Part shown: piece after piece, positions 22,071 through 32,864 of the stretch
Layout: every line of letters starts with the position of its first letter
How positions within the stretch are numbered: position 1 is the stretch's first letter
Program-made: the position numbers and the translations under genes
Origin: Laribacter sp.
Lineage (GTDB): Bacteria > Pseudomonadota > Gammaproteobacteria > Burkholderiales > Aquaspirillaceae
DNA length: 46,753 bases
Direction: 5' to 3'
NCBI GenBank assembly: GCA_018055005.1
Contig: JAGPIM010000001.1
Span: 1 to 46,753, forward strand
Notes under the pieces: model-generated
Told to the model about the DNA's origin: nothing
Seen by the model: the letters and a program-made list of their open reading frames with translations, nothing else
Database searches by the model: none

Positions 22071-23330
22071 ATGGATGCCACGCTTTATACGCCTCGCTCC
22101 CCGGCCAAGGCGGGAACCGCTGTTCGTTCTCTGCGCTTTGCTTACCTGCTGGGGGGGCCGGAAGGAGATGACCCGTACGCAGAGCGGGAGGTTTGTGAGC
22201 TGGAGCAACTGGGGCATCAGGTATTTCCCGTTTCACTGGATACGGGACCGGACCCGTTGGCAGCAAAGCAGAATCAGACCCAGCGAGGCAACAGGGTGCA
22301 TGTCCGGATGCTGGTGCCTGGCAAATCAGGCTATGCAGAAGTCATTCGGCTGTTGCAGCACTCTCCATGGAATGCATGGCGTGCATTCATGCTGGCATGG
22401 CGTTCGGCTCACACTGGTCGGTCGTATGGTCGCATCCTGCTGGCAGCGTGCAAGGTCTTTCCCCTGGTTCAGTTCATGCGGCAGAACCAGCTTGAGCATG
22501 TGCATGTACATGTCAATGAGCGGACTGCTGACCTTGTGCCTGTGCTGGCCAGCTTGGGCATTGCGCATTCCCTTTACATTAGCCAGTCGGGCGTGATCGC
22601 ATCAGTGCCTGCCGCGTATTGGCAATCATTGCCTGAAAGCTGTCGCTTTGTTCTGGCGTCCAGTCAGCATGTACGCAGCCAGATGTGGTGGCAGGCCGGG
22701 CGACAGGCTTTTGAGTGCACCGATGTATGCCTTTCCGGGATTGACCTGCTCCGTTTTGACTGGCGTCCTCCTCCCGGACGCAAGGATGTGTTCAGGCTGG
22801 CGGCCATTGCCGGCTTGCAGCCGGTGCATGGGCATGGATTGCTGTTGCAGGCTGTTGCGGAGCTTGTCCGGGAAGGCCGGCGTGTTTCGCTGACAATATT
22901 GGGCAACGGGCCTGAACTGCCTGATTTGCAAGCGGAGGCAGCCCGGCTGGGAATCAGTGAGCGGGTTTTCTGGCATTCCGAATCCTCATTGCAGGAGCGC
23001 TATTACCTGCTGCGTCAGGCCGATGCGTATGTCCACGGATGCCTCGGAGAACAGGTGCCTCGCACATTGCTGGAGGCCATGGCCATGGGAGTGCCCTGTA
23101 TTGTAACCCGCATCGCCAGTGTGCCGGAACTTGTGCGGGAGGGCATTGACGGATTACTGGTTACACCTGGTGAAGTGAAGGCATTGGCTCTGTCGATTAT
23201 CCGTTTGCAGGACTCTCCCGAATTGTCTCTGGCAATCAGCTGTACTGCCAGAAGACGTGTCGAGGAACGGCATGAGCTTGGTCTGATGGTTGCTGGCTTG
23301 ACTCAAATAATGGAAAAAAACATGACGTGA
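22071..23330 (+). CDS. Glycosyltransferase family 4 (WcaL-like, divergent)
   Basis: EREVCELEQLGHQV, HVHVH, GNGPEL, E-X7-E motif EQVPRTLLEAMAMGVP, PELVREGIDGLLV. Confidence 0.8.
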   Translation: MDATLYTPRSPAKAGTAVRSLRFAYLLGGPEGDDPYAEREVCELEQLGHQVFPVSLDTGPDPLAAKQNQTQRGNRVHVRMLVPGKSGYAEVIRLLQHSPWNAWRAFMLAWRSAHTGRSYGRILLAACKVFPLVQFMRQNQLEHVHVHVNERTADLVPVLASLGIAHSLYISQSGVIASVPAAYWQSLPESCRFVLASSQHVRSQMWWQAGRQAFECTDVCLSGIDLLRFDWRPPPGRKDVFRLAAIAGLQPVHGHGLLLQAVAELVREGRRVSLTILGNGPELPDLQAEAARLGISERVFWHSESSLQERYYLLRQADAYVHGCLGEQVPRTLLEAMAMGVPCIVTRIASVPELVREGIDGLLVTPGEVKALALSIIRLQDSPELSLAISCTARRRVEERHELGLMVAGLTQIMEKNMT

Positions 23331-23525
23331 TTTGAAACGTCATCTGCGGTATTACGGTCGTTTGAAAGCCACAACGAAAGCACTGTCATCCAGATGAGTT
23401 TTAGTAATTGACGTTAAAAATGATTCATCTGAAAACTGGGCGTGTGGCGTACGTGTGCTATATCCCAATTGAGACCACAAAATTCTTTGCTTCAGTCAAA
23501 AAGACGAATGACAGGAGAGCACATC

Positions 23526-25454
23526 ATGTCTGCTGATGTTTTTGAACGATTCGCTTCACGCTATGACCGTATCCGCGAAGAAGAATATTCTCTCAAGGAA
23601 TATCTTGAGCTTTGCCGGCAGAATCCTCTGAATTATGCTTCAGCCGCAGAGCGGATGCTGATGGCAATCGGAGAGCCAACAGTTGTGGATACGCGCAGCG
23701 ATTCACGTTTATCCCGCATCTTCATGAACAAGATTATAAAAGTTTATCCCGCATTCCGGGAGTTTTACGGAATGGAGGATGCAATCGAGCAAGTTGTTGC
23801 CTATTTCCGTCATGCAGCCCAAGGACTCGAAGAGAGGAAGCAGATTCTGTATCTTCTGGGGCCTGTCGGAGGTGGGAAATCCTCCATTGCTGAAAAGCTG
23901 AAAGAGTTGATGGAAAAAATACCGTTCTATTGCATCAAGGGTAGTCCGGTGAATGAATCTCCACTGGGTTTGTTCAGTCATGATGAGGATGGTGCAATCC
24001 TAGAGGATGAATACGGAATTCCTCGTCGCTATCTTAAAAGCATTCCTAGTCCATGGGCCGTCAAGCGCTTGCATGAATTCAACGGTGACATCAATCAGTT
24101 TAAAGTTGTTCGGCGTTATCCTTCGGTCTTGCGTCAGATTGCCATTTCAAAAACAGAACCCGGTGATGAAAACAATCAGGACATCAGTTCTTTGGTTGGT
24201 AAAGTGGATATCCGCAAGCTCGAGAAGTATTCACAAGATGATCCAGATGCGTATAGTTATTCTGGTGGGCTATGTCTATCCAATCAAGGGTTGCTTGAGT
24301 TTGTGGAGATGTTCAAAGCTCCAATAAAAGTGCTGCATCCGCTCTTGACTGCAACACAGGAAGGCAACTTCAAGGGGACGGAGGGATTTGGCGCCATGCC
24401 ATTCGATGGGGTGATTTTGGCCCATTCTAACGAGTCTGAATGGAAGCAGTTTAAAAATAACAAGAATAATGAAGCATTTCTGGATCGTATATATATTGTC
24501 AAGGTTCCATATTGTGTGCGTGTTTCTGAAGAAATAAAGATTTATGAAAAACTTATAAATAATTCATCTCTTTCTGAGGCTCCATGTGCGCCAGGAACTT
24601 TGAAGATGATGGCGCAATTTGCCGTCCTTTCAAGAATGAAAGAGGCTGAAAACTCCAATCTCTATAGCAAGATGCAGGTTTATGACGGAGAGAATCTGAA
24701 GGATACTGATCCAAAGGCAAAATCAATACAAGAATACAGGGACTTTGCCGGGGTAGACGAAGGGATGACTGGTCTCTCGACACGTTTCTCATACAAGATC
24801 CTATCTAAGGTTTTTAATTTCGATAATGTAGAGGTTGCAGCAAATCCTGTCCACTTGCTGTATGTGCTCGAACAGCAGATAGAAAGAGAGCAGTTCCCAC
24901 AAGAGCTAGAGCAAAGATACATGGGTTTTGTAAAAGAATACTTGGCACCAAAATACGTTGATTTTATTGGAAAAGAAATACAGACAGCTTATTTGGAAAG
25001 TTATTCTGAATATGGACAAAATATATTTGATCGTTATGTAACTTTTGCGGATTTCTGGATACAAGATCAAGAGTACCGGGATCCTGATACAGGCGAATCC
25101 TTTGATCGCGGGTCACTAAATAGTGAGCTTGAAAAAATAGAGAAACCTGCCGGGATATCTAATCCAAAGGATTTTAGAAATGAAATTGTAAATTTTGTAT
25201 TGCGGTCGAAGGCTAATAATTCAGGTAAAAATCCTTTGTGGACCAGCTATGAGAAGTTGCGCATGGTAATTGAGAAAAAAATGTTTTCTAATACGGAGGA
25301 GTTGCTGCCGGTTATCAGCTTTAATACAAAATCAAGTTTTGATGATGCCAGAAAACATGAAGATTTTGTCAATAGGATGGTTGACAAAGGTTATACAGCC
25401 AAGCAAGTCCGTTTGCTATGTGAGTGGTACTTGCGTGTCAGAAAATCAAGCTGA
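23526..25454 (+). CDS. yeaG: PrkA/YeaG family serine protein kinase / AAA+ ATPase
   Basis: LLGPVGGGKSS, EPGDENNQDISSLVGKVDIRKLE, EFVEMFKAP, C-terminus EWYLRVRKSS; ATG 23526 after AGGAG. Confidence 0.95.
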   Translation: MSADVFERFASRYDRIREEEYSLKEYLELCRQNPLNYASAAERMLMAIGEPTVVDTRSDSRLSRIFMNKIIKVYPAFREFYGMEDAIEQVVAYFRHAAQGLEERKQILYLLGPVGGGKSSIAEKLKELMEKIPFYCIKGSPVNESPLGLFSHDEDGAILEDEYGIPRRYLKSIPSPWAVKRLHEFNGDINQFKVVRRYPSVLRQIAISKTEPGDENNQDISSLVGKVDIRKLEKYSQDDPDAYSYSGGLCLSNQGLLEFVEMFKAPIKVLHPLLTATQEGNFKGTEGFGAMPFDGVILAHSNESEWKQFKNNKNNEAFLDRIYIVKVPYCVRVSEEIKIYEKLINNSSLSEAPCAPGTLKMMAQFAVLSRMKEAENSNLYSKMQVYDGENLKDTDPKAKSIQEYRDFAGVDEGMTGLSTRFSYKILSKVFNFDNVEVAANPVHLLYVLEQQIEREQFPQELEQRYMGFVKEYLAPKYVDFIGKEIQTAYLESYSEYGQNIFDRYVTFADFWIQDQEYRDPDTGESFDRGSLNSELEKIEKPAGISNPKDFRNEIVNFVLRSKANNSGKNPLWTSYEKLRMVIEKKMFSNTEELLPVISFNTKSSFDDARKHEDFVNRMVDKGYTAKQVRLLCEWYLRVRKSS

Positions 25455-25504
25455 TTTTATTTGCGGCTGATTACTGTGTGCATGTTACGTTTGGGTGATT
25501 TATC

Positions 25505-26773
25505 ATGTCACGTGTTATTGATAGACGATTGAACGGCAAGAATAAATCCGCAGTAAATCGTGAGAGATTTTTGAGGAGATTCAAGTCTCAAATTAAAGAG
25601 TCTGTGTCTCGCGCGGTCAAGGGGAGATCCATTACAGATATAGATAATGGAGAGTTGGTTACGATCCCGGGGAAAGATTTGTCTGAGCCTTTTTTTCACC
25701 ATGGCAATGGTGGTGTGCGAGAAGTTGTACATCCGGGGAATGAAGAATTTGTGAAGGGAGATAAAATCCCTAGGCCTCAGCATGATGATAAAAAAGGACA
25801 GGGTGGCAGAGCTGGAAATGAAGGTGAAAGCATCGATGATTTTATATTTCAATTGAGTCGCGATGAATTTCTTAATGTTTTTTTTGAAGATTTGGCTTTG
25901 CCGAATTTAATAAAAACCCAATTGATGGGTATTGAGGAGTTTAAGACTGTAAGAACCGGTATTACTCTGGATGGAACACCATCAAATATCAATATTGTCA
26001 GGTCTTTGCGTAGCGCTTTATCCAGAAGAGTTGCAATCGGGTCTCCAGCCCTGTCAAGATTAAGTGATTTGCAAGAACAATTGGATCAGGTCTTGACTGG
26101 TGATTCTTTTAATGAAGAAGCAGCTGAGGCTCTAAGGGAGGAATTGCATGATTTGAGAAAGAGAATTTACGGAATTCCATTTCTTGACCCTCTGGACTTG
26201 AGGTTTAATAATCGTGTTAAATTGCCTATGCCAACTAGTCAAGCCGTCATGTTTTGTGTGATGGATGTTTCTGGGTCTATGGATGAGTCAAAAAAAGATA
26301 TTGCTAAAAGGTTTTTTATAATGTTATATCTTTTTTTGGTGAGGCAATATCAGAAAATAGAATTGGTTTTTGTGCGTCATCACACTAGTGCTGTAGAAGT
26401 CAATGAGCACGATTTCTTTCATTCGAGAGAGTCTGGTGGCACTGTTGTGAGTTCTGCTCTGCTACTTGTGCAAAAAATAATTGCTAGCAGATTTCCTACT
26501 CAAAATTGGAATATTTATTGTGCCCAGGCATCGGATGGAGATAACTGGGATAGTGATTCCGCTAGCTGTGGTCAAATCCTTGGTGGCAAAATTCTTCCAT
26601 TGGTTCAGTACTATGCATATATTGAGATAACAGATGGAGAACCTCAGAATCTTTGGTATGAATTTCTTCGTGTCAAAGAGACCTCCAGTAATTTTGCAAT
26701 GGAAAAAATAAGATCACCCGCTGATATTTATCCTGTATTTCGTGAGCTGTTTAAAAAACAATCTGCAGGTTGA
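25505..26773 (+). CDS. yeaH: YeaH/YhbH family protein (vWA domain)
   Basis: IDRRLNGKNKSAVNRERF, MIDAS-like MDVSGSM, ESGGTVVSSAL, AQASDGDNW. Confidence 0.94.
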   Translation: MSRVIDRRLNGKNKSAVNRERFLRRFKSQIKESVSRAVKGRSITDIDNGELVTIPGKDLSEPFFHHGNGGVREVVHPGNEEFVKGDKIPRPQHDDKKGQGGRAGNEGESIDDFIFQLSRDEFLNVFFEDLALPNLIKTQLMGIEEFKTVRTGITLDGTPSNINIVRSLRSALSRRVAIGSPALSRLSDLQEQLDQVLTGDSFNEEAAEALREELHDLRKRIYGIPFLDPLDLRFNNRVKLPMPTSQAVMFCVMDVSGSMDESKKDIAKRFFIMLYLFLVRQYQKIELVFVRHHTSAVEVNEHDFFHSRESGGTVVSSALLLVQKIIASRFPTQNWNIYCAQASDGDNWDSDSASCGQILGGKILPLVQYYAYIEITDGEPQNLWYEFLRVKETSSNFAMEKIRSPADIYPVFRELFKKQSAG

Positions 26774-26798
26774 TTTGTTAAGATTTTAAGGTGTGATC

Positions 26799-28292
26799 AT
26801 GGAATATGCATCAAGATTAATTACCTCCAGCTCAGATTGGACTTTTTCTCTGGTAGAGAAATTCGATCTTGAAATAAAAAAAATAGCTTGCGATGAGTTT
26901 ATGCTTGACGTTTATCCTGTTCAGCTTGAAATTATTACTGCTGAACAAATGATGGATGCGTATTCATCTGTTGGTATGCCTATTAACTATCCACACTGGA
27001 GTTTTGGAAAGCAATTTGTAACAACAGAAAAAAACTATAAACGTGGTCATATGGGGCTAGCTTATGAAATAGTAATAAATTCTAATCCATGTATAGCATA
27101 TCTGATGGAGGAAAACTCCATGCCAATGCAGGCTCTTGTCATTGCACATGCTGCGTATGGTCATAATAGTTTTTTTAAAAACAATTATCTTTTTAAATCA
27201 TGGACTGATGCGGATTCAATTATTGATTATCTTGTTTTTGCAAAAAAATATATTGCAGGTTGCGAGGAGAAATATGGTGTGAATGCGGTGGAGGAGTTAT
27301 TGGATTCCTGTCATGCCATCATGAACTATGGTGTGGATAGATATAAAAGACCTGCCAAGTTGTCTTTGGAAAAAGAACGTATTCGACAAAATGAGCGTGA
27401 GAGATATTTGCAATCACAAATAGATGATATTTGGAGGACTATCCCTAAATTCCATCGTGATTCTGAAGGTGGTGAATTGAAAAGATTTCCTTCTGAACCA
27501 CAAGAGAACTTGCTGTATTTTATTGAAAAATATGCTCCTCTATTAGAGTCTTGGCAGCGAGAAGTTGTCAGGATTGTGCGGAAACTGGCACAGTATTTTT
27601 ATCCACAGAGACAAACTCAGGTAATGAATGAGGGATGGGCTACTTTTTGGCATTATTGTATTTTTAATAAATTGCATGAAAAAGGGTTGGTTAATGATGG
27701 TTTTTTTATGGAGTTTCTAAAGTCCCATACAAATGTAATATGTCAGCCTTCTGTAATGAGTGGTTATTACAATGGTATCAATCCATATGCCTTGGGATTT
27801 GCTATTTTTCAAGATATACGTAGGATGTGTGAATGTCCGACGGATGAGGATAAGAAATGGTTTCCAGATATTGCCGGTTCTAATTGGATTGCTTCTCTTG
27901 ATTTTGCCATGAGGAATTTTAAAGACGAGAGTTTTATTGCGCAGTATTTATCGCCAAAAGTAATTCGTGATTTCAAGTTTTTTGCGATAAAGGATGATGA
28001 TTGTGAAGATAGCCTGTATGTGCAGGCTATTCACGATGATGAAGGATATCACGCAATTAGAGGGTCGCTGAGAGATCAGTATGATTTAAGTATTAAAGAG
28101 CCAAACATTCAGATATGGTCTGCTAATATAAGAGGAGATCGAAGCTTGACCATGAGACACTTTGAGCACAACAGAAGACCTGTTGCTGCTGAAAGTGCAC
28201 GTGAAGTATTAAAGCATATGGCCAGGCTCTGGGGGTTTGAGGTTCGACTTGAAAGTGTTGATAAAAATGGTTGTGTTTGTAGGGTGATTTAA
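26799..28292 (+). CDS. spoVR: SpoVR family protein (YcgB)
   Basis: GMPINYPHWSFGK, LAYEIVINSNPCIAYLMEEN, YGHNSFFKNN, YFYPQRQTQVMNEGWATFWH. Confidence 0.94.
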   Translation: MEYASRLITSSSDWTFSLVEKFDLEIKKIACDEFMLDVYPVQLEIITAEQMMDAYSSVGMPINYPHWSFGKQFVTTEKNYKRGHMGLAYEIVINSNPCIAYLMEENSMPMQALVIAHAAYGHNSFFKNNYLFKSWTDADSIIDYLVFAKKYIAGCEEKYGVNAVEELLDSCHAIMNYGVDRYKRPAKLSLEKERIRQNERERYLQSQIDDIWRTIPKFHRDSEGGELKRFPSEPQENLLYFIEKYAPLLESWQREVVRIVRKLAQYFYPQRQTQVMNEGWATFWHYCIFNKLHEKGLVNDGFFMEFLKSHTNVICQPSVMSGYYNGINPYALGFAIFQDIRRMCECPTDEDKKWFPDIAGSNWIASLDFAMRNFKDESFIAQYLSPKVIRDFKFFAIKDDDCEDSLYVQAIHDDEGYHAIRGSLRDQYDLSIKEPNIQIWSANIRGDRSLTMRHFEHNRRPVAAESAREVLKHMARLWGFEVRLESVDKNGCVCRVI

Positions 28293-28293
28293 C

Positions 28294-28516
28294 TGTCCAG
28301 TCTCGGACGATTGCAAACGCGTTTTTTAAACAATTCCGGGTGCTGTTTCTGCCATTTTTTCATGGTTTGAATCGGTGTCCGGTGTTGCGGGCGAGCTGCA
28401 GCAGATGCTGGTTGTAGAGCAATACATAGCGCTCCAGCGTGGTTGAGAGACCTTGACCCGATTCGATACGGTGCGTGGCCAGCACCTCGCTGATCCGTCC
28501 GTTGAAACGCCCTGCC
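28294..28516 (-). mobile_element. IS481-family transposase 3' remnant
   Basis: Frameshifted fragments FNGRISEVLATH...LERYVLLYNQHL and HRTPIQTMKKWQKQHPELFKKRVCNRPRLDS; end begins TGT as in IS481 termini. Confidence 0.7.
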
Positions 28517-29727
28517 TGGACTGTCCCGGGTGCAGTAGACAAACGCCCGCCTCACGCCGAGGCCCGCTCAAAGACCTCGGGACTGATGCCGCCTAAGTGG
28601 CTGTGGCGGCGGGTTCGATTGTAAAAAGCTTCGATGTAATCGAATACATCTGACTTGGCCAGGTCGCGGGTTTTGTAAATCCGTTTGTGGATACGCTCTT
28701 TTTTCAGGCTACTGAAGAAGGACTCTGCTACGGCATTATCCTGGCAGTTGCCACGTCGACTCATACTAGGTTCAAGGTTGTGGGAGAGGCAAAAACGGTG
28801 CCAGTCATCACTGCCATATTGTGAGCCCTGATCTGAATGGACCAGCACGCGACCAGCAGGTTTGCGCCGCCACAGTGCCATCAGCAGCGCATCCAACGCC
28901 AATTCGCGGCTCAATGCCGGTTTCATTGACCAGCCCACTACCTTGCGTGAGAACAAGTCGATCAACACCGCCAGATACAGCCAGCCCTGTCAGGTACGAA
29001 TGTAAGTCATGTCAGTCACCCAGGTCTGGTCGGGATGTGACGTCGTGAACTCGCGATTCAGATGGTTGGGGGTCAACAAGGAAGGGTGACCCGCAATTGG
29101 GCGTGGTACCTTATAGCCGCGCTGTGCCTTGATACTGTGCCGGGCGACACGGTATTTGCCGCATGCCTCACCAATCTCGCGCAGGTCACCCAGCACGACC
29201 CATACACCCCGCCACTGGCTCGCCAGGAGTCGCGAATCAACGCCAGCAACCGGGCATCTTCCCTGGCGTGATCAGACTCGGGGCGATGCAGCCATTGATA
29301 GAAGCCGGCACTGGCAACTTGCAGTAAACGGCACATGGTCGTCAGCGGCCAGGTGTGTCGATGCTCGTTCATGAAGCGGTACCTTACCCGGACTTCCTGG
29401 CAAAGTACCGCGCGGCTTTTTTAGAATATCCCGCTCTTCTTCTGTGCGACGCAGTTGCGCCTTCAGGCGAAGGATTTCGCTCCTGGCCTCGATCAGCTCG
29501 GCGGCCTGTCTCTCCGAGTTGTACGGGCTGACTGCTTTCTCCCATTTGTACAGGCTGTGGCTGGAAACCCCAAGCCGGGCGGAAATTTCGGCCACAGAGT
29601 AACCGCGCTCAGTGACCTGCTTGACAGCCTCTTCTTTGAATTCAGGGGTGAAACACTGTGTGCTCATGGACATCCTCCTATGCTCAACTCATAGGGCAGG
29701 ATTGCCTACAGGAGCCGGGACAGTCCA
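28517..29727 (-). mobile_element. IS3-family insertion sequence, inactivated (1211 bp)
   Basis: Imperfect terminal IRs TGGACTGTCCCGG...; orfA (FTPEFKEEAVK...EERDILKK); A6G slippery site at 29416-29422; orfB DDE fragments (WVTDMTYI, HSDQGSQY, DNAVAESFFSSLKKE) broken by a frameshift near 29200 and a TGA at 28990-28992. Confidence 0.92.
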
Positions 29728-29842
29728 GTCGTGGCGTTTGCAGAGGCTTACCCAAACCCTCTCAGGCAAGGGGTAGTTTCCAGATATGTTGGCTGGGATG
29801 ATTATCCGGGATGCAACATTTAACGTTGTTTTTTGATTGACT

Positions 29843-29880
29843 AAAATGCAAGCCACGTTTAAGGCGTGGCTTGCATTTTT
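29843..29880. terminator. Bidirectional intrinsic terminator after phaB
   Basis: AAAATGCAAGCCACG-loop-CGTGGCTTGCATTTT 15-bp inverted repeat. Confidence 0.8.
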
Positions 29881-30619
29881 ACATCATATGTTGGCCGCCA
29901 TTAATTGCATAATCTGCCCCTGTAATGAAGCCCGCGTGTTCCGAGGCTAGGTAACTCACCAGTTGTGCAATTTCTTCCGGTTTGCCTAGACGTCCAACTG
30001 GAATTTGGTCGATTATTTTTTGGCGAATAGATTCATCGATAGATAAAACCATGTCTGTTGCTATGTAGCCAGGGCTGATGGTGTTGACGGTAATACCTTT
30101 TTTTGCAACTTCTTGAGCCAGTGACATTGTGAAGCCATGCATACCTGCTTTGGCAGCAGAGTAGTTAACTTGCCCAAATTGGCCTTTCTGGCCATTTATT
30201 GAAGAAATGCTGATGATTCGCCCAAATTTATGCTCTAGCATGCTGTCAATAACGGGCTTGGTCATGTTAAACAAACTGTCGAGATTGGTTCTGATGACGC
30301 TATCCCAGTCCGTCTTGCTCATTTTTTTGAAAATACCATCTTTTGTTATTCCGGCATTGTTTACCAGGATATCTACTTTATCGAATTTTTGGATGATCTG
30401 CTGTACTACTGTGATGCAAGAGTCGTAATTTGTGACATCGCATTGATAAGCATGGACTGTGTATCCCTGCTCTTTCATGTCAGATAACCATTGTATTTCT
30501 TTTCCCGGTTTTGAATAAGTTGTTGTGACGATACATCCGGAGTTGATGAGAGCTTTGCAGATTGCTGTGCCGATCCCTCCCATTCCGCCAGTAATCAATG
30601 CAATACGTTTTTGGTTCAT
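29879..30619 (-). CDS. phaB: Acetoacetyl-CoA reductase
   Basis: ALITGGMGGIG, NNAGITKD, ISSINGQKGQFGQVNYSAAKAGMHGFT, INGGQHM; adjacent to phaC-phaA. Confidence 0.95.
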   Translation of the reverse strand: MNQKRIALITGGMGGIGTAICKALINSGCIVTTTYSKPGKEIQWLSDMKEQGYTVHAYQCDVTNYDSCITVVQQIIQKFDKVDILVNNAGITKDGIFKKMSKTDWDSVIRTNLDSLFNMTKPVIDSMLEHKFGRIISISSINGQKGQFGQVNYSAAKAGMHGFTMSLAQEVAKKGITVNTISPGYIATDMVLSIDESIRQKIIDQIPVGRLGKPEEIAQLVSYLASEHAGFITGADYAINGGQHMM

Positions 30620-30768
30620 ATGCCTTCCCCTGTGTTCATTAAAATTTTATTTGTTGCCTATTTATTTTAGTAAACAAAAAATATATGTCAAGGTCATTAT
30701 TTATGTGTATATTTATATGCAATACATCATAAATTGAAGAGATGTTTTAGCTGTGCAAGTCAAAAAAC

Positions 30769-30782
30769 TTGACTTTTATCAA
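30769..30782. promoter_or_regulatory. FNR-like box in the phaB/phaC divergent region
   Basis: TTGAC-TTTT-ATCAA, one mismatch to TTGAT-N4-ATCAA; AT-rich context raises the chance of a random match. Confidence 0.45.
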
Positions 30783-30999
30783 ATTTTTATCAATCAATAA
30801 TGACTTTAGAATAAATTGAATTTATATGCATGTTATTGTAAAAAAATATGCGATAAGGTAAAAATTTCTTTGATTTATAGTTGTTTCGCATATTTTGCTT
30901 GTGTGCCATATTAATGATGTTCCTAGCAAAAATTGGTGCTAAGGGTTGAGTGATTTTTGAAGGTCAGGGTTTGATTGCGGGTTAAAAAAGGAGATTATC

Positions 31000-32769
31000 T
31001 TGAGTAATGAGCAAACCGGTGCTGAATTGTTGCAAAAATTTTTCTCTAGCCTTTCTGAAAGAAATGCGAATATTTTGCAGCAGCTTGTCAATAACATGAG
31101 CCAGATTGCTTTGCCTGAGGATCCATTGAATCCGTTTGCTTCTTTATGGAAGAGCGTCGCGGATCAGTCTGGAAATTGGCTGGCTTTTCAACAGTCTTTT
31201 TACCAGCAACAGATGAATCTTTGGTTGAATTTTTTAGGTCATGCACAGCCTCAGTTTGCCATTGATCAAACATCAAAAGATAAGCGATTTGCATCTCCAG
31301 AATGGGATGGGCATCCCTTTTATAAGTTCATCAAGCAAAACTATTTGTTGACATCCAAGTGGCTGACCGAAATGGTTGATGGCTCCATGGTGGATGATGA
31401 GCAAAAAGAAAAAATGGCATTTTTTACCAAGCAATACATTGATGCCATGAGCCCAGCCAATTTCGCAGTTACCAATCCTGAAGTCATTAAGCAGGCGATT
31501 GAAACGAAAGGTGAGAGCCTGGTTGAAGGTATGCGTCACATGCTTGAAGACATGCAAAAAGGGCATATCAGTATGACTGATGAGTCTCTTTTTGAAGTCG
31601 GGAAAAATGTGGCTGTGACTCCGGGGAAGGTTGTTTTTGAGAACCAGTTGTTTCAGCTTTTGCAATATGCTCCGACAACTGAGCAGGTGCATGAGCGCCC
31701 TGTGTTGGTCGTGCCTCCATGTATCAACAAATATTATTTGATGGATTTGCAGCCCGATAATTCCATGATGCGCCATTTTGTGAGCCGTGGTTATACGGTG
31801 TTCATGGTATCGTGGAAATCAGCGGATGAATCCATCAAAACCTGCACATGGGATAATTACATAGATGATGGAGTCTTGACTGCCGCAGATGTGGTACGCA
31901 AGATCAGCAAGCAGGACAAGCTGAATTTTCTCGGATTCTGTGTTGGCGGGGTCATCTTGACTACTGCTTTGTGTGTAATGAAAGCCCGCAACCTGGACTG
32001 GGTAGAGTCAGCTACGTTCATGACATCATTGATTGATCATAGTGAGCCTGGTGATATCAAGATGTATATTGATGAAAACCTGATCCGGGCACGCGAAGCC
32101 AAAGTCGCAAGCGGGCAAGGAGGAATCGTCTCCGGCAAGGAAATCGGACGAACCTTTTCAAGTCTGAGAGCGAACGATCTTGTCTGGAACTATGTCGTCA
32201 ACAACTACCTCTTGGGCAAGACACCACCTCCGTTTGATCTGTTGTACTGGAATAACGATGCGGCTAATTTGCCACTTCCGATGCATACCTTCTTGCTGAA
32301 AGAGTTGTATACCAACAACAAGCTGGTCCAGCCAAATGCATTGACTTTGTGTGGGGTCAAGATCGACGTAGGTACCATTGATGTGCCGATCTATATCTTT
32401 GCCGCCCGTGAAGACCACATCGTATTGTGGAAGTCGGCATACTCTGGTGTGAAGTACCTGACAGGTTCACCTTCACGGCGCTATGTACTGGGTGCTTCAG
32501 GTCACATTGCCGGATCAATCAATCCTGTGACGAAAGACAAGCGCAATTATTGGGTCAACGAGGATTTGACCCTGGAAGCCGACGACTGGCTGGCAGCCGC
32601 AGAGTCTCGTCCGGGGAGCTGGTGGAAAGACTGGGATGCATGGCTGGAGCCGCGCTCAGGTAAAATGGTCGCCGCTCCAAAAACAGCGGGCAATCGGGAA
32701 TACAAACCGATCGAAGATGCACCGGGACGTTATGTCCGGGAAAAAGTGCACGAGTTGATGACTGCCTGA
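31000..32769 (+). CDS. phaC: Class I poly(R)-hydroxyalkanoate synthase
   Basis: 589 aa; PPCINKYY, lipase box [29 protein letters not shown]; TTG start after AAGGAG. Confidence 0.96.
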   Translation: MSNEQTGAELLQKFFSSLSERNANILQQLVNNMSQIALPEDPLNPFASLWKSVADQSGNWLAFQQSFYQQQMNLWLNFLGHAQPQFAIDQTSKDKRFASPEWDGHPFYKFIKQNYLLTSKWLTEMVDGSMVDDEQKEKMAFFTKQYIDAMSPANFAVTNPEVIKQAIETKGESLVEGMRHMLEDMQKGHISMTDESLFEVGKNVAVTPGKVVFENQLFQLLQYAPTTEQVHERPVLVVPPCINKYYLMDLQPDNSMMRHFVSRGYTVFMVSWKSADESIKTCTWDNYIDDGVLTAADVVRKISKQDKLNFLGFCVGGVILTTALCVMKARNLDWVESATFMTSLIDHSEPGDIKMYIDENLIRAREAKVASGQGGIVSGKEIGRTFSSLRANDLVWNYVVNNYLLGKTPPPFDLLYWNNDAANLPLPMHTFLLKELYTNNKLVQPNALTLCGVKIDVGTIDVPIYIFAAREDHIVLWKSAYSGVKYLTGSPSRRYVLGASGHIAGSINPVTKDKRNYWVNEDLTLEADDWLAAAESRPGSWWKDWDAWLEPRSGKMVAAPKTAGNREYKPIEDAPGRYVREKVHELMTA

Positions 32770-32864
32770 TTCCGGCCAGGAAGCCAGTCCGGGCTGCATG
32801 CTTTCAGGCTGGCTTTTTATACTACTCAAACATCCAGATTCAGAGAAATCTGCGGGAGAAATTC

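Noticed and set aside
23445-23460. Sigma54-like promoter upstream of yeaG (TGGCGTACGTGTGC)
   Set aside because: GG to GC spacing is 9 nt rather than the required 10.
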